DNA of 64,000 nt, from contig NW_003314332.1 in the NCBI RefSeq assembly GCF_000143415.4, forward strand, positions 372,001 to 436,000, in the 5' to 3' direction. Below, one piece after another: positions 13,966-27,336 of the stretch. A program made the translations under genes and the position numbers. Position 1 is the stretch's first letter, and each line of letters opens with the position of its first letter. Under the pieces are notes generated by a model. The model was not told the DNA's origin. It worked only from the letters and a program-made list of their open reading frames with translations, and did not search any database. The stretch comes from Selaginella moellendorffii. Taxonomy: Eukaryota; Plantae; Lycopodiophyta.

Positions 13966-14499
13966 GTTCGTTCGATCTTTTGAAATCATCAAGATTGGAT
14001 TTGCAGCGTCACCGTGGTTTGTCAGAGAGTTTGTGCTGCTTCCTCACCCCCGCCAATATTGGTGCCAGCTTGGGCCCAGATAATTTATCAGAGAAGGGAG
14101 GTTCCTTCTTAATTGAACACAAATCAATCCAATGATTACATGTACACAAACATTCATGTAATCTATCATTAGATTGATTTAGATCTTCTCCTGTTCAATT
14201 AAGAAACAAAAAAACACAACCTTAAAAGAACCTTAGAAGATGGTAGAAAGTTAGATATTTGTCTGGCAGCTTCAAAAGAGAAATAAATCACTCGACTCGA
14301 AGAAAGACTTGATACTATTGCCCAAATTTTCTGCAAGCAAGACCCCCAAAAGTAGCAACACAAGAGATCCCATGCAGAAAAAACTGTCTCAATAAAACCA
14401 AGTCAACACTCTCAGTCAACGACCACTGAAGTCAACCAAAAGTCAGCGACCCTAGCGCTTCACCTTCTGACAAATCGAGGTCCCTTCCACTTTCTCCTC

Positions 14500-14530
<31 letters not shown>

Positions 14531-14541
14531 TAGAGAGAGAG
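14500..14541 (+). repeat. Compound (GT)n(GA)n microsatellite just 5' of WOX ATG
   Basis: TGTGTGTGTGTGTGTGTGAGAGAGAGAGAGATAGAGAGAGAG read directly. Confidence 0.95.
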
Positions 14542-14544
14542 GCG

Positions 14545-15390
14545 ATGGCGCCTGGATCAGCGACTCCTTCTCCATCACGACCCACTGGTAAGAAAACCCA
14601 ATGCGCTCCTCCCCCCTCCAATTTCTCCTCACATTCCCCCAGGATTTGTAGTGGCCGAGTCGCAAGCTCAGACGCCGGCGGTGATGCCAATTCCTGTCAT
14701 CCCTGTGGCCGTTCCAGGTTAGAAGAAGATCAGCCAAGTTACAAACGCTTACTAGAGGAGGTTTCTTCGTTTTTCCTCCTTTACAGGAAGTTCGTCGCCA
14801 TCGCTGCTGCTGATGCAGAGGCAGCAGCTGCCAATGCCGGCGGCGCTTCCGACAACCGCGGACAGTCGAGTCATGACCGAGGATCAGCTCGCGCAGTTCG
14901 CCGAACAGATCAGGCAGTTCTCAGAGATCTCTCGCTTCAGCATCCAACGCCAGAAAGCGAGCATGGACGCTGAGAGGCAGCGTCGAACTCACAAATCTGG
15001 TAAACAACAAAAACAAAATCTCGTTTTGATGCTAGAAAAAGAGAAAAAGAGAAAACAAAATCCACCTTTACTGATCTTCCAGGATTCCGAGGCTCGTCCA
15101 GCAACACCGAACGGCCACCCGGAGCCACTCGGCCTCGCTGGAAACCAACGCCTGTCCAGATATCAATCCTTGAGTATATATTTGAGAACAGCGACTTACT
15201 TCCAGGAGACAAGGACATCACCATCATCACCGACGGCCTCCGGCTCTATGGGCCAGTCGAGGAGGTGAACGTCTTCTACTGGTTCCAAAACAGGCGAGCT
15301 CGGGCCAAGCGGACTGCAAATCAGGACCACCACCCAAAGGTCAGGAACTTTGATCCTGCAAAAACTTTAGAACCATTTGAAAAGCTGTAA
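14545..15390 (+). CDS. WOX: WUSCHEL-related homeobox transcription factor (4 exons: 14545-14587, 14643-14717, 14788-14999, 15083-15390)
   Basis: The spliced frame is consistent (phase-1 introns). The last exon, absent from the ORF track, encodes RPRWKPTPVQISILEYIFENSDLLPGDKDITIITDGLRLYGPVEEVNVFYWFQNRRARAKR. Exon 3 has MTEDQLAQFAEQIRQFSEI. Confidence 0.92.
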
Positions 15391-15414
15391 AAGGATCTCA
15401 CCATGAAGCTCGTT

Positions 15415-17418
15415 TCATTGTCGCGAAGGTGTTTGAGCATATATGTTGGCCATCAGATCGTAAGTTGCCGCACTGTCCGTCGCTTCCTGTAATGACTTGA
15501 AAGCAGCCTTTCCCACCTCGACGTTCTTGAGCTTGCAACAGGCAGCTAGAACGGCCAACCATGCTGCCGTGCTTGGTCCTGTCTCCGCCATAGCTATCGC
15601 TTCGTTTAGTTCGTCAGCTCGTCCAAACAAATCAGCCATGCACCCGTAGTGCTCAATCCCTGGAGCTACTCCAAACTTGGAAGCCATAGCTGCAAAGAGC
15701 TGTCTGCCTCTGTGAACCAAACCAGCATGACTACAAGCGCTGAGAACACCAACGAAAGTTACCACATCTGGTTGCACACCTTCGTCCTGCATTCTCCCCC
15801 AAGAATCAAACACCAATCCAGTGTTTCCCTGGTGACTGTATCCTGTTATGAGCGTATTCCAGCTGATCAAGCCTCTTTCCCGAAGCAAATCAAAGAGCTG
15901 CTGAGAGGTTGCCATTCTTCCACACTTTGCATAAAAATCCACAAGACAATTCGCTGTCACTGCCTCGTCTTCAAGGCCATGCCTGCACACCTCGGCGTGA
16001 ATTTCTCTTCCGACTTTAATCAAGCCTGCTGCAGCACAAGCCTTCAACGCAGCGACGTAAGTCTGGCAATTTGGTCGACAACCTCGTCGCGTCATGGAAG
16101 AAAACAAATCCAAGGCTTGCTCTTCTTCCTGTGTTTCAGCATAGCCGAGAATGAGTGCAGTCCACAACACCACACCCGGCCTTGGGATCCTGTCAAAGAG
16201 CCTTTTCGCGTCCGCCAAGCTCCCACACTTTGCATACAAGTCCACGAATGCACTCGCCAGGAAGGTACTTGAGTCGTGTCCAAGGTTTGCAGCTCGAGAG
16301 TGCACAGCCATGGCTTTTTCCAGGGCCGCCACCTTGATAGGCTTTCCATCTATTTTCGTGTGAAGTTCCTTGGTTGCTAGAGTGGTGCATGCCTTGACAG
16401 CAGCAACGAGCATCTGCGCATCCATCTTCTCTTGCGTGAGTGAAAGTAACTCCAGAGCCAGATTTTCCTGCCCGTTCTCAACATATCCCAGCATGAGTGA
16501 CGTCCACGACACGACACTGCGCGTCTTCATGCCGTCGAACACCCTTTGAGAATCCCAAATGCTTCCACACCTGGCGTACGAGTCCACAAGAGCGTTGGCC
16601 AACTGAAGGTCTAGCTCGCCAAAACCGTCCAAAGCTCGCGAGTGAACTGTCATGACTCTTTCCAGGCACACCGCTTTCACTGCTTCTTTCTCGGCCAGTT
16701 TGGTGCATGCCTTAAGGACCGCAAGTAACGTCCGCGAGTTTGGCTTGCACCCCTGAGCTTGCATTTCCCGGAACAAATCCAACGCAGCATCTGCTTCACC
16801 GTGCTCGCAGTAACCGAGCATCAAAACAGTCCAGGAGACGACCCGACGATCTTCCAGAGCGGCAAAGATGCTCCGAGCGTCGGCCAAGCTTCCACACTTC
16901 GCGTACATGCCAATCGCTGTGTTTGACAGAAAAGCATTGGAGCTCAATCCAGCTTTTGCTGCCTCGGAAAGCAAAGCCATACCTCGATCCAAAGACAAGA
17001 GCTTGACAACCTTCCCACCCTCCAGTTGCTGGCCCTGTTCTTTCTCCGCCAGCTTGGAGCACGCTTTGATCGCCGCAACAAAGCTCCGGCCATCTGGAAC
17101 ACAGCCTTCGTCAATCATCCTCTCAAAAACTCTCAAGCTCGTCTCTTCCAAATCATTCTCTACATACCCCAGCATCAGCGTGTTCCATGTCACTGCGTCG
17201 CATCTAGCCATGCCGTGGAACACCGCAACCGCGTCCACAAGGCTCCCGCAATTAAAATACACATTCACAAGCGCATTCGCGACGAAGAGATCTTGCGCCA
17301 GGCCTCGGCGAATCGCGAGAGCGTGCGCATTCCTCGCCCGAGCGCCATCCCTGGCGATCGCGCAAGCCTTGAATTCGGCGACAATGGCGAAAATCTCCCC
17401 ATCGCGCATCCTCCGCAA
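15415..17418 (-). CDS. PLS-class pentatricopeptide repeat protein (intronless, truncated E domain, no DYW)
   Basis: 667 aa ORF with repeated NALVD.YAKCGS...A..VF, VVSWT.LM.GY, PD.VTFVGVLSACSHAGLV..G and EHYGCMADLFGRA. Confidence 0.95.
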   Translation of the reverse strand: MRRMRDGEIFAIVAEFKACAIARDGARARNAHALAIRRGLAQDLFVANALVNVYFNCGSLVDAVAVFHGMARCDAVTWNTLMLGYVENDLEETSLRVFERMIDEGCVPDGRSFVAAIKACSKLAEKEQGQQLEGGKVVKLLSLDRGMALLSEAAKAGLSSNAFLSNTAIGMYAKCGSLADARSIFAALEDRRVVSWTVLMLGYCEHGEADAALDLFREMQAQGCKPNSRTLLAVLKACTKLAEKEAVKAVCLERVMTVHSRALDGFGELDLQLANALVDSYARCGSIWDSQRVFDGMKTRSVVSWTSLMLGYVENGQENLALELLSLTQEKMDAQMLVAAVKACTTLATKELHTKIDGKPIKVAALEKAMAVHSRAANLGHDSSTFLASAFVDLYAKCGSLADAKRLFDRIPRPGVVLWTALILGYAETQEEEQALDLFSSMTRRGCRPNCQTYVAALKACAAAGLIKVGREIHAEVCRHGLEDEAVTANCLVDFYAKCGRMATSQQLFDLLRERGLISWNTLITGYSHQGNTGLVFDSWGRMQDEGVQPDVVTFVGVLSACSHAGLVHRGRQLFAAMASKFGVAPGIEHYGCMADLFGRADELNEAIAMAETGPSTAAWLAVLAACCKLKNVEVGKAAFKSLQEATDSAATYDLMANIYAQTPSRQ

Positions 17419-17972
17419 GAGCCCTAAAATCTTAGAACCCTAGGCACAACTCATCGAATATTCTCTTTCAAACAAGAAAGATTCTAAGAATATTCTCCGC
17501 ACCACTTGGAAAATTTCGGTTGAAAATTTCGCGCCAAGAACGGTTGGGCATGTTAGATTGCTGTACACAAGATTGGACAGTTTTAATCGTGTAACGCCCA
17601 AACATCATAAAAATAATAGCGCAGAAATCTAACAGAAAGTATCGCTTCATGTTCCTTGCATCCCAAGTCCAAATCGCTGGATTGGGGAGGTATTGTTTAA
17701 TCGATTCGGTGGTTTTTTTTCATGATCATGGGATGGTTTCTTCACGGCTATGGTGGCGATGGCGGATCCCATGGCGGAGAGGCGTCGTGCCATCCATCAC
17801 ACACCAAGTCATGGGAATGCACGTTATGCTATAGTGATCCTATGGGACCAATCTCTTGACTATATAAGCCACACCCATTCCACCCCCATTCATTGTCTCG
17901 TGCTTAAAGACTCTCTTAGATTCCCTCGTCTCTCTTCTCTTGATCTTCCCTCCAAGAAGGAGAGAAGAACAA

Positions 17973-18659
17973 ATGGAGATGTCTCTTCCAGCGATTTCTC
18001 TTGCGATCTTCCTGCTGCTCGCAAGCGTGTGTGATGCTTCGTACTACCGCGAGAAGAAGAACAAGTACGTCGATGAGAAGTATCATAACAGGGGATCATA
18101 CTACTTCAACAAGTACTACGGCTACGCCTACAAATTCAAGCGATCCCCGCCGCCGCCACCGCCGCCAATGAGGAAGAAACCATCCCCGAAGCCGTCGCCC
18201 TGGCCGAGCACTCCATCCATCCCAGCGCCGCCACAATCGAGCCTGGCGGCCCAGTTCATGATGCCCCAGAACGATGCGCGCGCGCGATTGGGATTGAGGC
18301 CACTCATCTGGGATTCCAAGCTCCAGGCATTCGCGGAGGATTGGGCGAACCAGCGCGCGAGATATGGGAATTGCTACCTCCAGCACTCGAATGGGCCTTA
18401 CGGCGAGAACATCTTTTGGGGCGGCGGCAAGGCCTGGAGCCCGGCCGAGGCCGCCAATGCCTGGATCGAGGAGCGCAATTGGTACAACTATGGATCCAAC
18501 TCGTGCCAATCCGGGCAGCAGTGCGGCCACTACACCCAGATCGTGTGGAGGGATTCCGAGAGGATTGGATGCGCGCGCGTTACTTGCAGCAGTGGCGATG
18601 TTTTCATGACTTGCAACTACGATCCTCCCGGGAACTACATTGGCGAGAAACCCTACTGA
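17973..18659 (+). CDS. PR1: Secreted PR-1/CAP-domain protein with Tyr/Lys-rich and Ser-Pro extensin-like N-terminal extension
   Basis: Signal peptide, then YYFNKYYGYAYKFKRSPPPPPPP. CAP motifs HSNGPYGENIFW and CGHYTQIVW, and C-terminal CNYDPPGNYIGEKPY. W-box TTGACT and TATA at ~17856-17867. Confidence 0.93.
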   Translation: MEMSLPAISLAIFLLLASVCDASYYREKKNKYVDEKYHNRGSYYFNKYYGYAYKFKRSPPPPPPPMRKKPSPKPSPWPSTPSIPAPPQSSLAAQFMMPQNDARARLGLRPLIWDSKLQAFAEDWANQRARYGNCYLQHSNGPYGENIFWGGGKAWSPAEAANAWIEERNWYNYGSNSCQSGQQCGHYTQIVWRDSERIGCARVTCSSGDVFMTCNYDPPGNYIGEKPY

Positions 18660-18838
18660 TTGATTCGATCGATCCATTTTGTGGGATCTATCAAATCGAG
18701 AAGGAAGCGTTGACCATTGAATAAGCTTGACCATAGACGCCCGGTCAACTGCTGAGGTGTCGCATTATTTAGTTGATATAAAACGGAATAAAGAATTTTA
18801 CCATTTCTTCGTTCTTGTTTTAGGGTTCTTTCTTTCCC

Positions 18839-20767
18839 ATGGTCACCATGGATGGAAGAGCTCCCGATTCTCTCGGCGCGGCCATCGCCACGGCTGTGGA
18901 GCGCATCGGTAAGCTCCAGGAGGCGTTTCTTGCGGTGCGGAGCTTGCGAGGGTCTGCCCTGGCCGTGGAATGGAGCGAGCTCAAGGAGGATTTGAGCGAC
19001 AAGGAGCAGAATCTCAGGCAGAGGTACGAGCAGCTAGTTGCCATGGAGCGGGATTTCGAGGCCCGGAGCAGGGAAATCCAAGGCAACATCGCCAAGCGCG
19101 ACGCCGAAATCTCCGACAAGGAAGACGCCTTGAATCAAAAGGACCGGGATCTAGCAGTGGTAGAGGCAGTAGAGAACCAGCAGCAGCAGGGCAAAGAGCC
19201 AGGAATCCAGCCAATGGACACCGACATTGTCGTGGATTACTCTCCAGCAAAGATCCCACCGCTCAAGGACTCCTCTTCTTGCGACGCTGGGAATGCATCC
19301 CAGGACAAGGCGGCGGAGGTGAGAGTTCGTCCATATCTTAAGTCGCTGTGTGAGAACATGGATGGAGAAGGGCTCAGGAAGTATGTGATCGATCACAAGA
19401 AGGACATGGGTGCTCTCCGGATTGAGATGCCGTCGGCTCTGCAGCACGCTAGCGATCCGGCACGGCTGGTGCTGGATGCGATCCAGGGGTACTACCATCC
19501 ACCGGAGCTCGATTCTAGTAGCAACGAAGTGGGATCTTCCGCTCCCGCCAACCGGAGAGCTTGCATTCTTTTGCTAGAGGCATTGTCGTCGGTACTTGGT
19601 GTCGATCATCCAGAGGTGCCACTCGATATAAAGTTTCTGGTGAGGGAAGTGGCCCAGCAGTGGAAGTCCAACATGGACATCCAGGATGGCCCCGAGGGGA
19701 ACTCTTTGGATGCTCAAGCGTTCCTTCAGCTCTTGGTAGCTTATGGTCTCAGCTCCGAGTATGATGAGGAAGAGCTGTGCAAACTGGTTCTAGCCGTCGC
19801 ACGACGAAAGCAGTCGCCTGCTCTTTGCAAGGCTCTTAATCTGTCGCATAAGATTCCGGGTTGGTCTTCTTTAGCTCCAGCGTGTGTGAGAGAGCGAGGG
19901 AGGAGGATCCTCTCTATTTCCTTCTTTTCCTTTTTGCCTAGATTTTTTCTTCTTTCTGGCTGCCTGTGTGTTTGGGACTCTAGGATTCATTTCTTTGTGC
20001 TGCCGTTCTAATGAAGTGTTTCTTGTTTGGTTTTCTTTGCAGAGATCGTGGATCATCTTGCTGCTGATGGAAAGCAAATCGAGGCTCTTGCGTTTGCACA
20101 CGCATTTGACATGATGGACCGTCTAGAGCCCGTATCTCTCCTCAAGACTTACTTGAAAGACGCACGAAGGAACGTTCACAACAAGCCTGGCAATGGTCCC
20201 AAGGGTCAGGTAAGCACTGCTTCTTACTAGGTAATCACTCAGACATTCCCTTGCTCGTTGCCACAGGTCGATGCCGTGACTAAAGAGCTAACCGCTGTCA
20301 AGAACGTGATAAAATGCATAGAGGACTACCGGCTAGAAGACGACTACCCGTCTTCCCCGCTACACAAGCGAGTAGTTCTTTTAGAGAGAACCAAGTCGGA
20401 GAGGAAGAGAACAGGTGGCTCGGTTAAAGGTCAGGCAAAGCGTCCGAGAAACGGAGGCTACGACAGAAACTACTTTAACAGGCCAGCGGACAAATTCCAA
20501 GTTTTCAGCGAGGTCCCTTACAGCCTCGCCCCGGCGCCAGCTTACGATGCTCGGCTTCCCGCAACATACTCAACTTACGCTCCAGCGGGTGTAGCAAATG
20601 GCAGGAGTAGAACACCGGCAGGGGGGAGCTATGTCTACTCGGTCGATGGCTCTATCTACAGCTCCAACATTTACGGAACACAATCTCCAGCGCCTTACAC
20701 CAGTTACCAGATTGCTCCCGGGCTTCCGCCGCCACCACCGACTTACCAGACAACTTTCATGCACTAG
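18839..20767 (+). CDS. FRIGIDA-like protein (exons 18839-19859, 20043-20209, 20267-20767)
   Basis: LCENMDGEGLRKY, ASDPARLVLDAI, RRACILLLE, DAQAFLQLLVAYG, PVSLLKTYLKDA, ELTAVKNVIKCIEDYRLE. Confidence 0.92.
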
Positions 20768-20938
20768 CTGGGTGGAAAGGAATGGGAGCTCTCGAGAATA
20801 AACAGGGGTGGATGTACATCAAGAGGAAATAACAAGCAGCTCATTTTCTTCTTTCTTTCTTTCCTTTTTCCCCCGTTTTTTTCCGAAGGTTGGTGCTTGC
20901 TATTTGGAACTTCTTAGGTTTTTACTCTTCCAGGAAGA

Positions 20939-22670
20939 ATGAAGACATTGGCGCTGCCTTGTGGTGCCATGGTGCCACTTTGTCTCGTCCAGGTAACTGG
21001 GTTCTCGTTACTTTGCTTTGTTAACTCGTTAACTTCGCAGAGAGTGAGCGCTTCAGCTGTGGTTTATCCGGTTGGGAGCTTGCACAAGACAGTGCCAAGA
21101 CGTTCTGTGAGTGAGTTTATATTCTTTTCTTTGTCTAATTGTGTTGCAAACAGGCTTGCTGCAAAGTTGTATCCACAAAAGCAGCAGCATTTGACGATGT
21201 TTTCGGTTTTTCTGCGAAAGAAGAAGGATCTGGGATAGAAAATGCGGGTGGTGCCAATGCAGCTCGTGCGAAGAGGAGTAACTGGTAATCCTTGTCTGCC
21301 TTCTCACTTACAATCTTAGTTTTATTTATTTGTTTTCCAGGAGGCAAGGAGGTCTTGTTATCACTTTGATTCTTTCCTCGGTTGTGTTCATCGCATTTAT
21401 TTTCGTCGATTCTTTGCTATGGAGAGCTGTCCGACGTTCCAGTGCTACGTTTCTTCTCACAGCTCCATTTGTTTGCTCGCTAGTCGCAACTGGCTGCCTC
21501 GGATCATACTGCGTGCCGCTGCTTGCAAAGCTCAAGGCCCAGCAGATATTTCGAGTAGAGGGCCCGGCTTCGCATCTTTCAAAGGCTGGAACACCAACAA
21601 TGGGTGGCCTGTTCTTTATTCCGGTGGGAGTCGGTGTTGCGAGAGCTGCAACCAGATTTTCGTCCACAGAAGTAGCCGGAGTAGCAGCAGCGACCCTGGT
21701 TTTTGCAGCTATTGGCCTCCTAGACGATTTTCTGTCGCTGGCGAAGAAGCATAACTATGGAGTTCCAGGACCTTTCAAGTTTCTTCTCGAGGTTTGCTGA
21801 TTTTGTTCTCAAGTTTTTTCTTTCAACAAACAAGCTCCTTGTAGGTGGTCAGTGGCGTGTGTTTCTTCTTCTGGCTGGATTCAGCGGGCTTGCCTTCTCC
21901 GTACAAAGTGTATGTCAATGTCAGCTCAAGTTTGGCCGATATCTTCTCTTTTCTTTTTTTCGGTTACAGGAAGAATCTGGTGCCTTTGCCACCTCCAGTA
22001 GGCTTGTGGAATATTGGCAAGTGGTATCTTCCACTCACTGCCTTTTGCTTCGCAGCAATGGCCAACGGTGTCAACCTCACAGACGGTCTGGATGGTCTTG
22101 CTGGCGGAACTGCTGCTCTGGCTTTTGCGGGAATGGCCGTGGCTGTTCTTCCCATATATCCTGGTAAGCGTAAGCAGCATTGAAAGCTTGCCATGACCAG
22201 TCTCTCTTCCCTTGCAGCTCTGGGAGTTTTCGGAGCATCCATGGCCGGTGCTTGCGTGGGATTCTTACTGCATAACCGGCACAAAGCGTCCGTGTTTATG
22301 GGAGACACCGGCTCCCTCGCTCTTGGAGCGGCTCTTGCAGCGATGGCCTCATGCACGGGCTTGTTTCTTCCTCTCTTCATTGCATCGGGCGTGTTTGTCA
22401 TCGAAACAGTCTCAGTCATGGCTCAGGTAACCAGCACCATCTTTCGTTCTTTCTTCTTCCACTGTCAGCTCTCTTTTCCTATCATAGGTTGCTTACTTCA
22501 GGTATACGAAGAGAGTTCACGGAACTGGACGCCGTTTGCTGCGAATGGCACCCTTCCATCACCATTTGGAGCACCTGGGGATGGAAGAGTTACACATCGT
22601 CGCTGGAGCATACCTCGTTTCAGCTCTTCTAGTCACATTCGCTGCTCACGTCGGCCTTATTTCGGCTTGA
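20939..22670 (+). CDS. mraY: Phospho-N-acetylmuramoyl-pentapeptide transferase homolog (plastid peptidoglycan pathway), multi-exon
   Basis: [68 protein letters not shown]; N-terminal extension compatible with a transit peptide. Confidence 0.95.
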
Positions 22671-22840
22671 AGAGAGGTAAACATCATGCTCGAGGAGAAC
22701 CATTACGCGTTTTCTCAATACAGATTACATATATCTTCTGGATCTGAAGATGCATTGACGAAGAGGGGACCGGAGACAAAGAATGAAAAAATGCTCCTAG
22801 GCAACTGTGAGTGAGGTTCTTTCTTTTCCTCTTTTCCTTT

Positions 22841-23447
22841 TCACGCTGTGGTCGAGGCCACTGGGACTTTCTGGTCTTCCCCCGGCTGCACGATGACAAA
22901 GTTCACAGTCGAGGGAGACCCGCCAGCAACAGGTGATTGATGGGAGGAGTGATCCGGTTTGTGTCTCTTTGCTCCAGATTGCTCCAGATTGCTGGGGACA
23001 TGAGGAGCAGCTTCAAATGCCGGGCTGTGATCCGGTGCTCCTCGTCGCGTCTTGGCCAGGAGCACCGTCTCAGCTCGGAGCTGCTTGCAAACTTCTCGGA
23101 CTCTCCTGATCCCTGTGACACAAACACAACAGTGAGTCAGACTAGTTGGGGTTGGAAGGAGGGGGGGATATTTTTTCTCATTTTTTCTGGGATAGGGGGG
23201 AGAGATTTGCCACCCAACCAACCTCGTCTCAGATCCACAGCAGCTGTTGTGTTGTGGTACATTTGGGTCTTCAAAACCTGGAGATGATCAATCACCAAAC
23301 ATCAGCAGTTGGAACCCTAAACATGGGAAATCCACACACCTGAATCACAAGAGGCCTCAACTGTTGGACTGCTTGTTCCAGCTCAAAATACCGGTTTGGT
23401 TCGCCTAATAGCTGCTGCTGCTGCTGGTACAAATGTTGCTGCTCCAT
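22841..23447 (-). CDS. Hypothetical ~145 aa protein (3 exons)
   Basis: MEQQHLYQQQQQ..RYFELEQAVQQLRPLVIQ / VLKTQMYHNTTAAVDLRR / IRRVREVCKQLRAET... joined by two short GT-AG introns. No family recognised. Confidence 0.6.
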
Positions 23448-24028
23448 CCCCCACCTCCAATTGCGATTCCACACAAAACCCACCCAAAACACTGGGAGGA
23501 AAAAAGCCCTACCTAAAAAGCTATTCCTCTTTCCCCTTGGATAAATAAAAGAAATAGCCAAGGAATTTATTTCTCTCCTCTCTACAGCTTTTATGATATA
23601 GTAATCACACTTTAATCAAGTGGCACTTGAAACACTTCCAAGATCTATATACCAGCTAGCATACGTTTCATGCTAAACTTACTTGCCACCCTCCTTGATC
23701 TGGATCATCGCTATAACGTTTGTTTGTCACCAAAATATTTGTGCAACGCTTTGATCAACACCTTGTCTACAAACAGCTTCTTCAGATCGAGTCTGGAACC
23801 GGGCTCACGATTTGCCCTTGATCCGACCCAAACCTTCTGTTTTGTTTAAACTCTTGATCGATCTCGTCATGGCATACTTCCGGCTATCTGCATTGTAAGC
23901 TTGATCTAGTCTTTCCCAAAATCAGGTTCTGCAACCGTGGCCTCCAGCCAAAACTCTTTACACCATCTTCATCTTCAAGAGAAGGAATAGCTTTGGTCCA
24001 TTCAAACTATTCAACAGTTGGGAAGGTT

Positions 24029-24680
24029 TCATGGAAGCGTCAGCTTTTGGATTTTTTGGGATTTGTGACTGGTTTTCTTCTTGCCGCTCGGACGAGCCCT
24101 CGACTTTACATCACCGTCTTCGATCGGGCATGTATTCACCACGGTCCTTGTCTGATCGTCTTCGTAAACCACTGTTTCTGTGACAGGGAACAACATTATT
24201 AGAGAGGAATGGTTCCTTGTCTAGCACACCTTCCAGATTATCGCCTTCCGCTTGGTCGTCAACTTCCTCGGGATCATGAGAACTCTCGGGATCTTGTTGC
24301 AATCCAAGCGCTTGTTTTCTGAGCAGCCGCCTCTGTGAGGCAAAAACAATAGACTAGAAGTTAGACAAACCTTGATGCAAGAGCTCTGCGCAGAAGACGG
24401 GATTGATCTAAGATTCGTCTCTAGAAATGTTTTACCTCTTGCCTCGCCGCGAGTTTTTTCTTCCTCTCCTTTGCTTGCTGCTGCATAGCCCCTGCCTTGC
24501 GCCTCTGATTCTTTCTCTTCCTGAATCCCGTCAGGAACTCCCTACAGACAACACAAGCCCAGCCTCGCATTCTCGCTGCCGCTCCAAAATCCACACTTAC
24601 CTGCGCTTGGCCTCGTCGAATTCCACGACAAGCCCCTTGTCGCGCCGCGCGCGCTTGGCGCCACCCCCCGGCCTCGCCAT
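24029..24680 (-). CDS. RRP17: Ribosomal RNA-processing protein 17 (Nop25 domain), 4 exons
   Basis: VVEFDEAKR / EFLTGFRKRKNQRRK.A...KERKKK..RQE is the Nop25 signature. The frame closes at TGA 24029. Confidence 0.85.
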
Positions 24681-24923
24681 AGCCGAGCTGCCCTAAAACC
24701 CTCACCTTGCCCCGTCAGCCCTAAGTTTCAAACGCATCTATCAAATCCACCACGTGGGATAAAGTGAGGCAAATGCCAGTCAGAAGTTCTGGCACGAGCT
24801 TTTTGGAAGCGCTAGGGCGGTGGAGGGCGTCTTGTGCGTCGCATTCCTGGTGAGTTCTCAATCCAGGCGATCGATGTGGTAGATTTTGGGGCGCTGATGG
24901 GAGAATGTGATGTAGATTGAGCA

Positions 24924-27173
<2,250 letters not shown>

Positions 27174-27336
27174 ACTTCCTCTTAAGCTAATCCAATCCTA
27201 GATTTTTCACGTTTAAATGCTTGAAACCCTAGCAATGGCAAGGTATTGAGTGTCTCTCACGCATTCTTCCAGCCACCGCCGCGCAGCGGGCGATCGATCG
27301 ATGATAGGGCAATGATCACGGCGAATTGCGACGAGG

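Noticed and set aside
15649-17443. Plus-strand ORFs overlapping the PPR gene, and similar antisense ORFs over PR-1, FRIGIDA-like and NIPA-like genes
   Set aside because: Shadow ORFs of GC-rich coding sequence.
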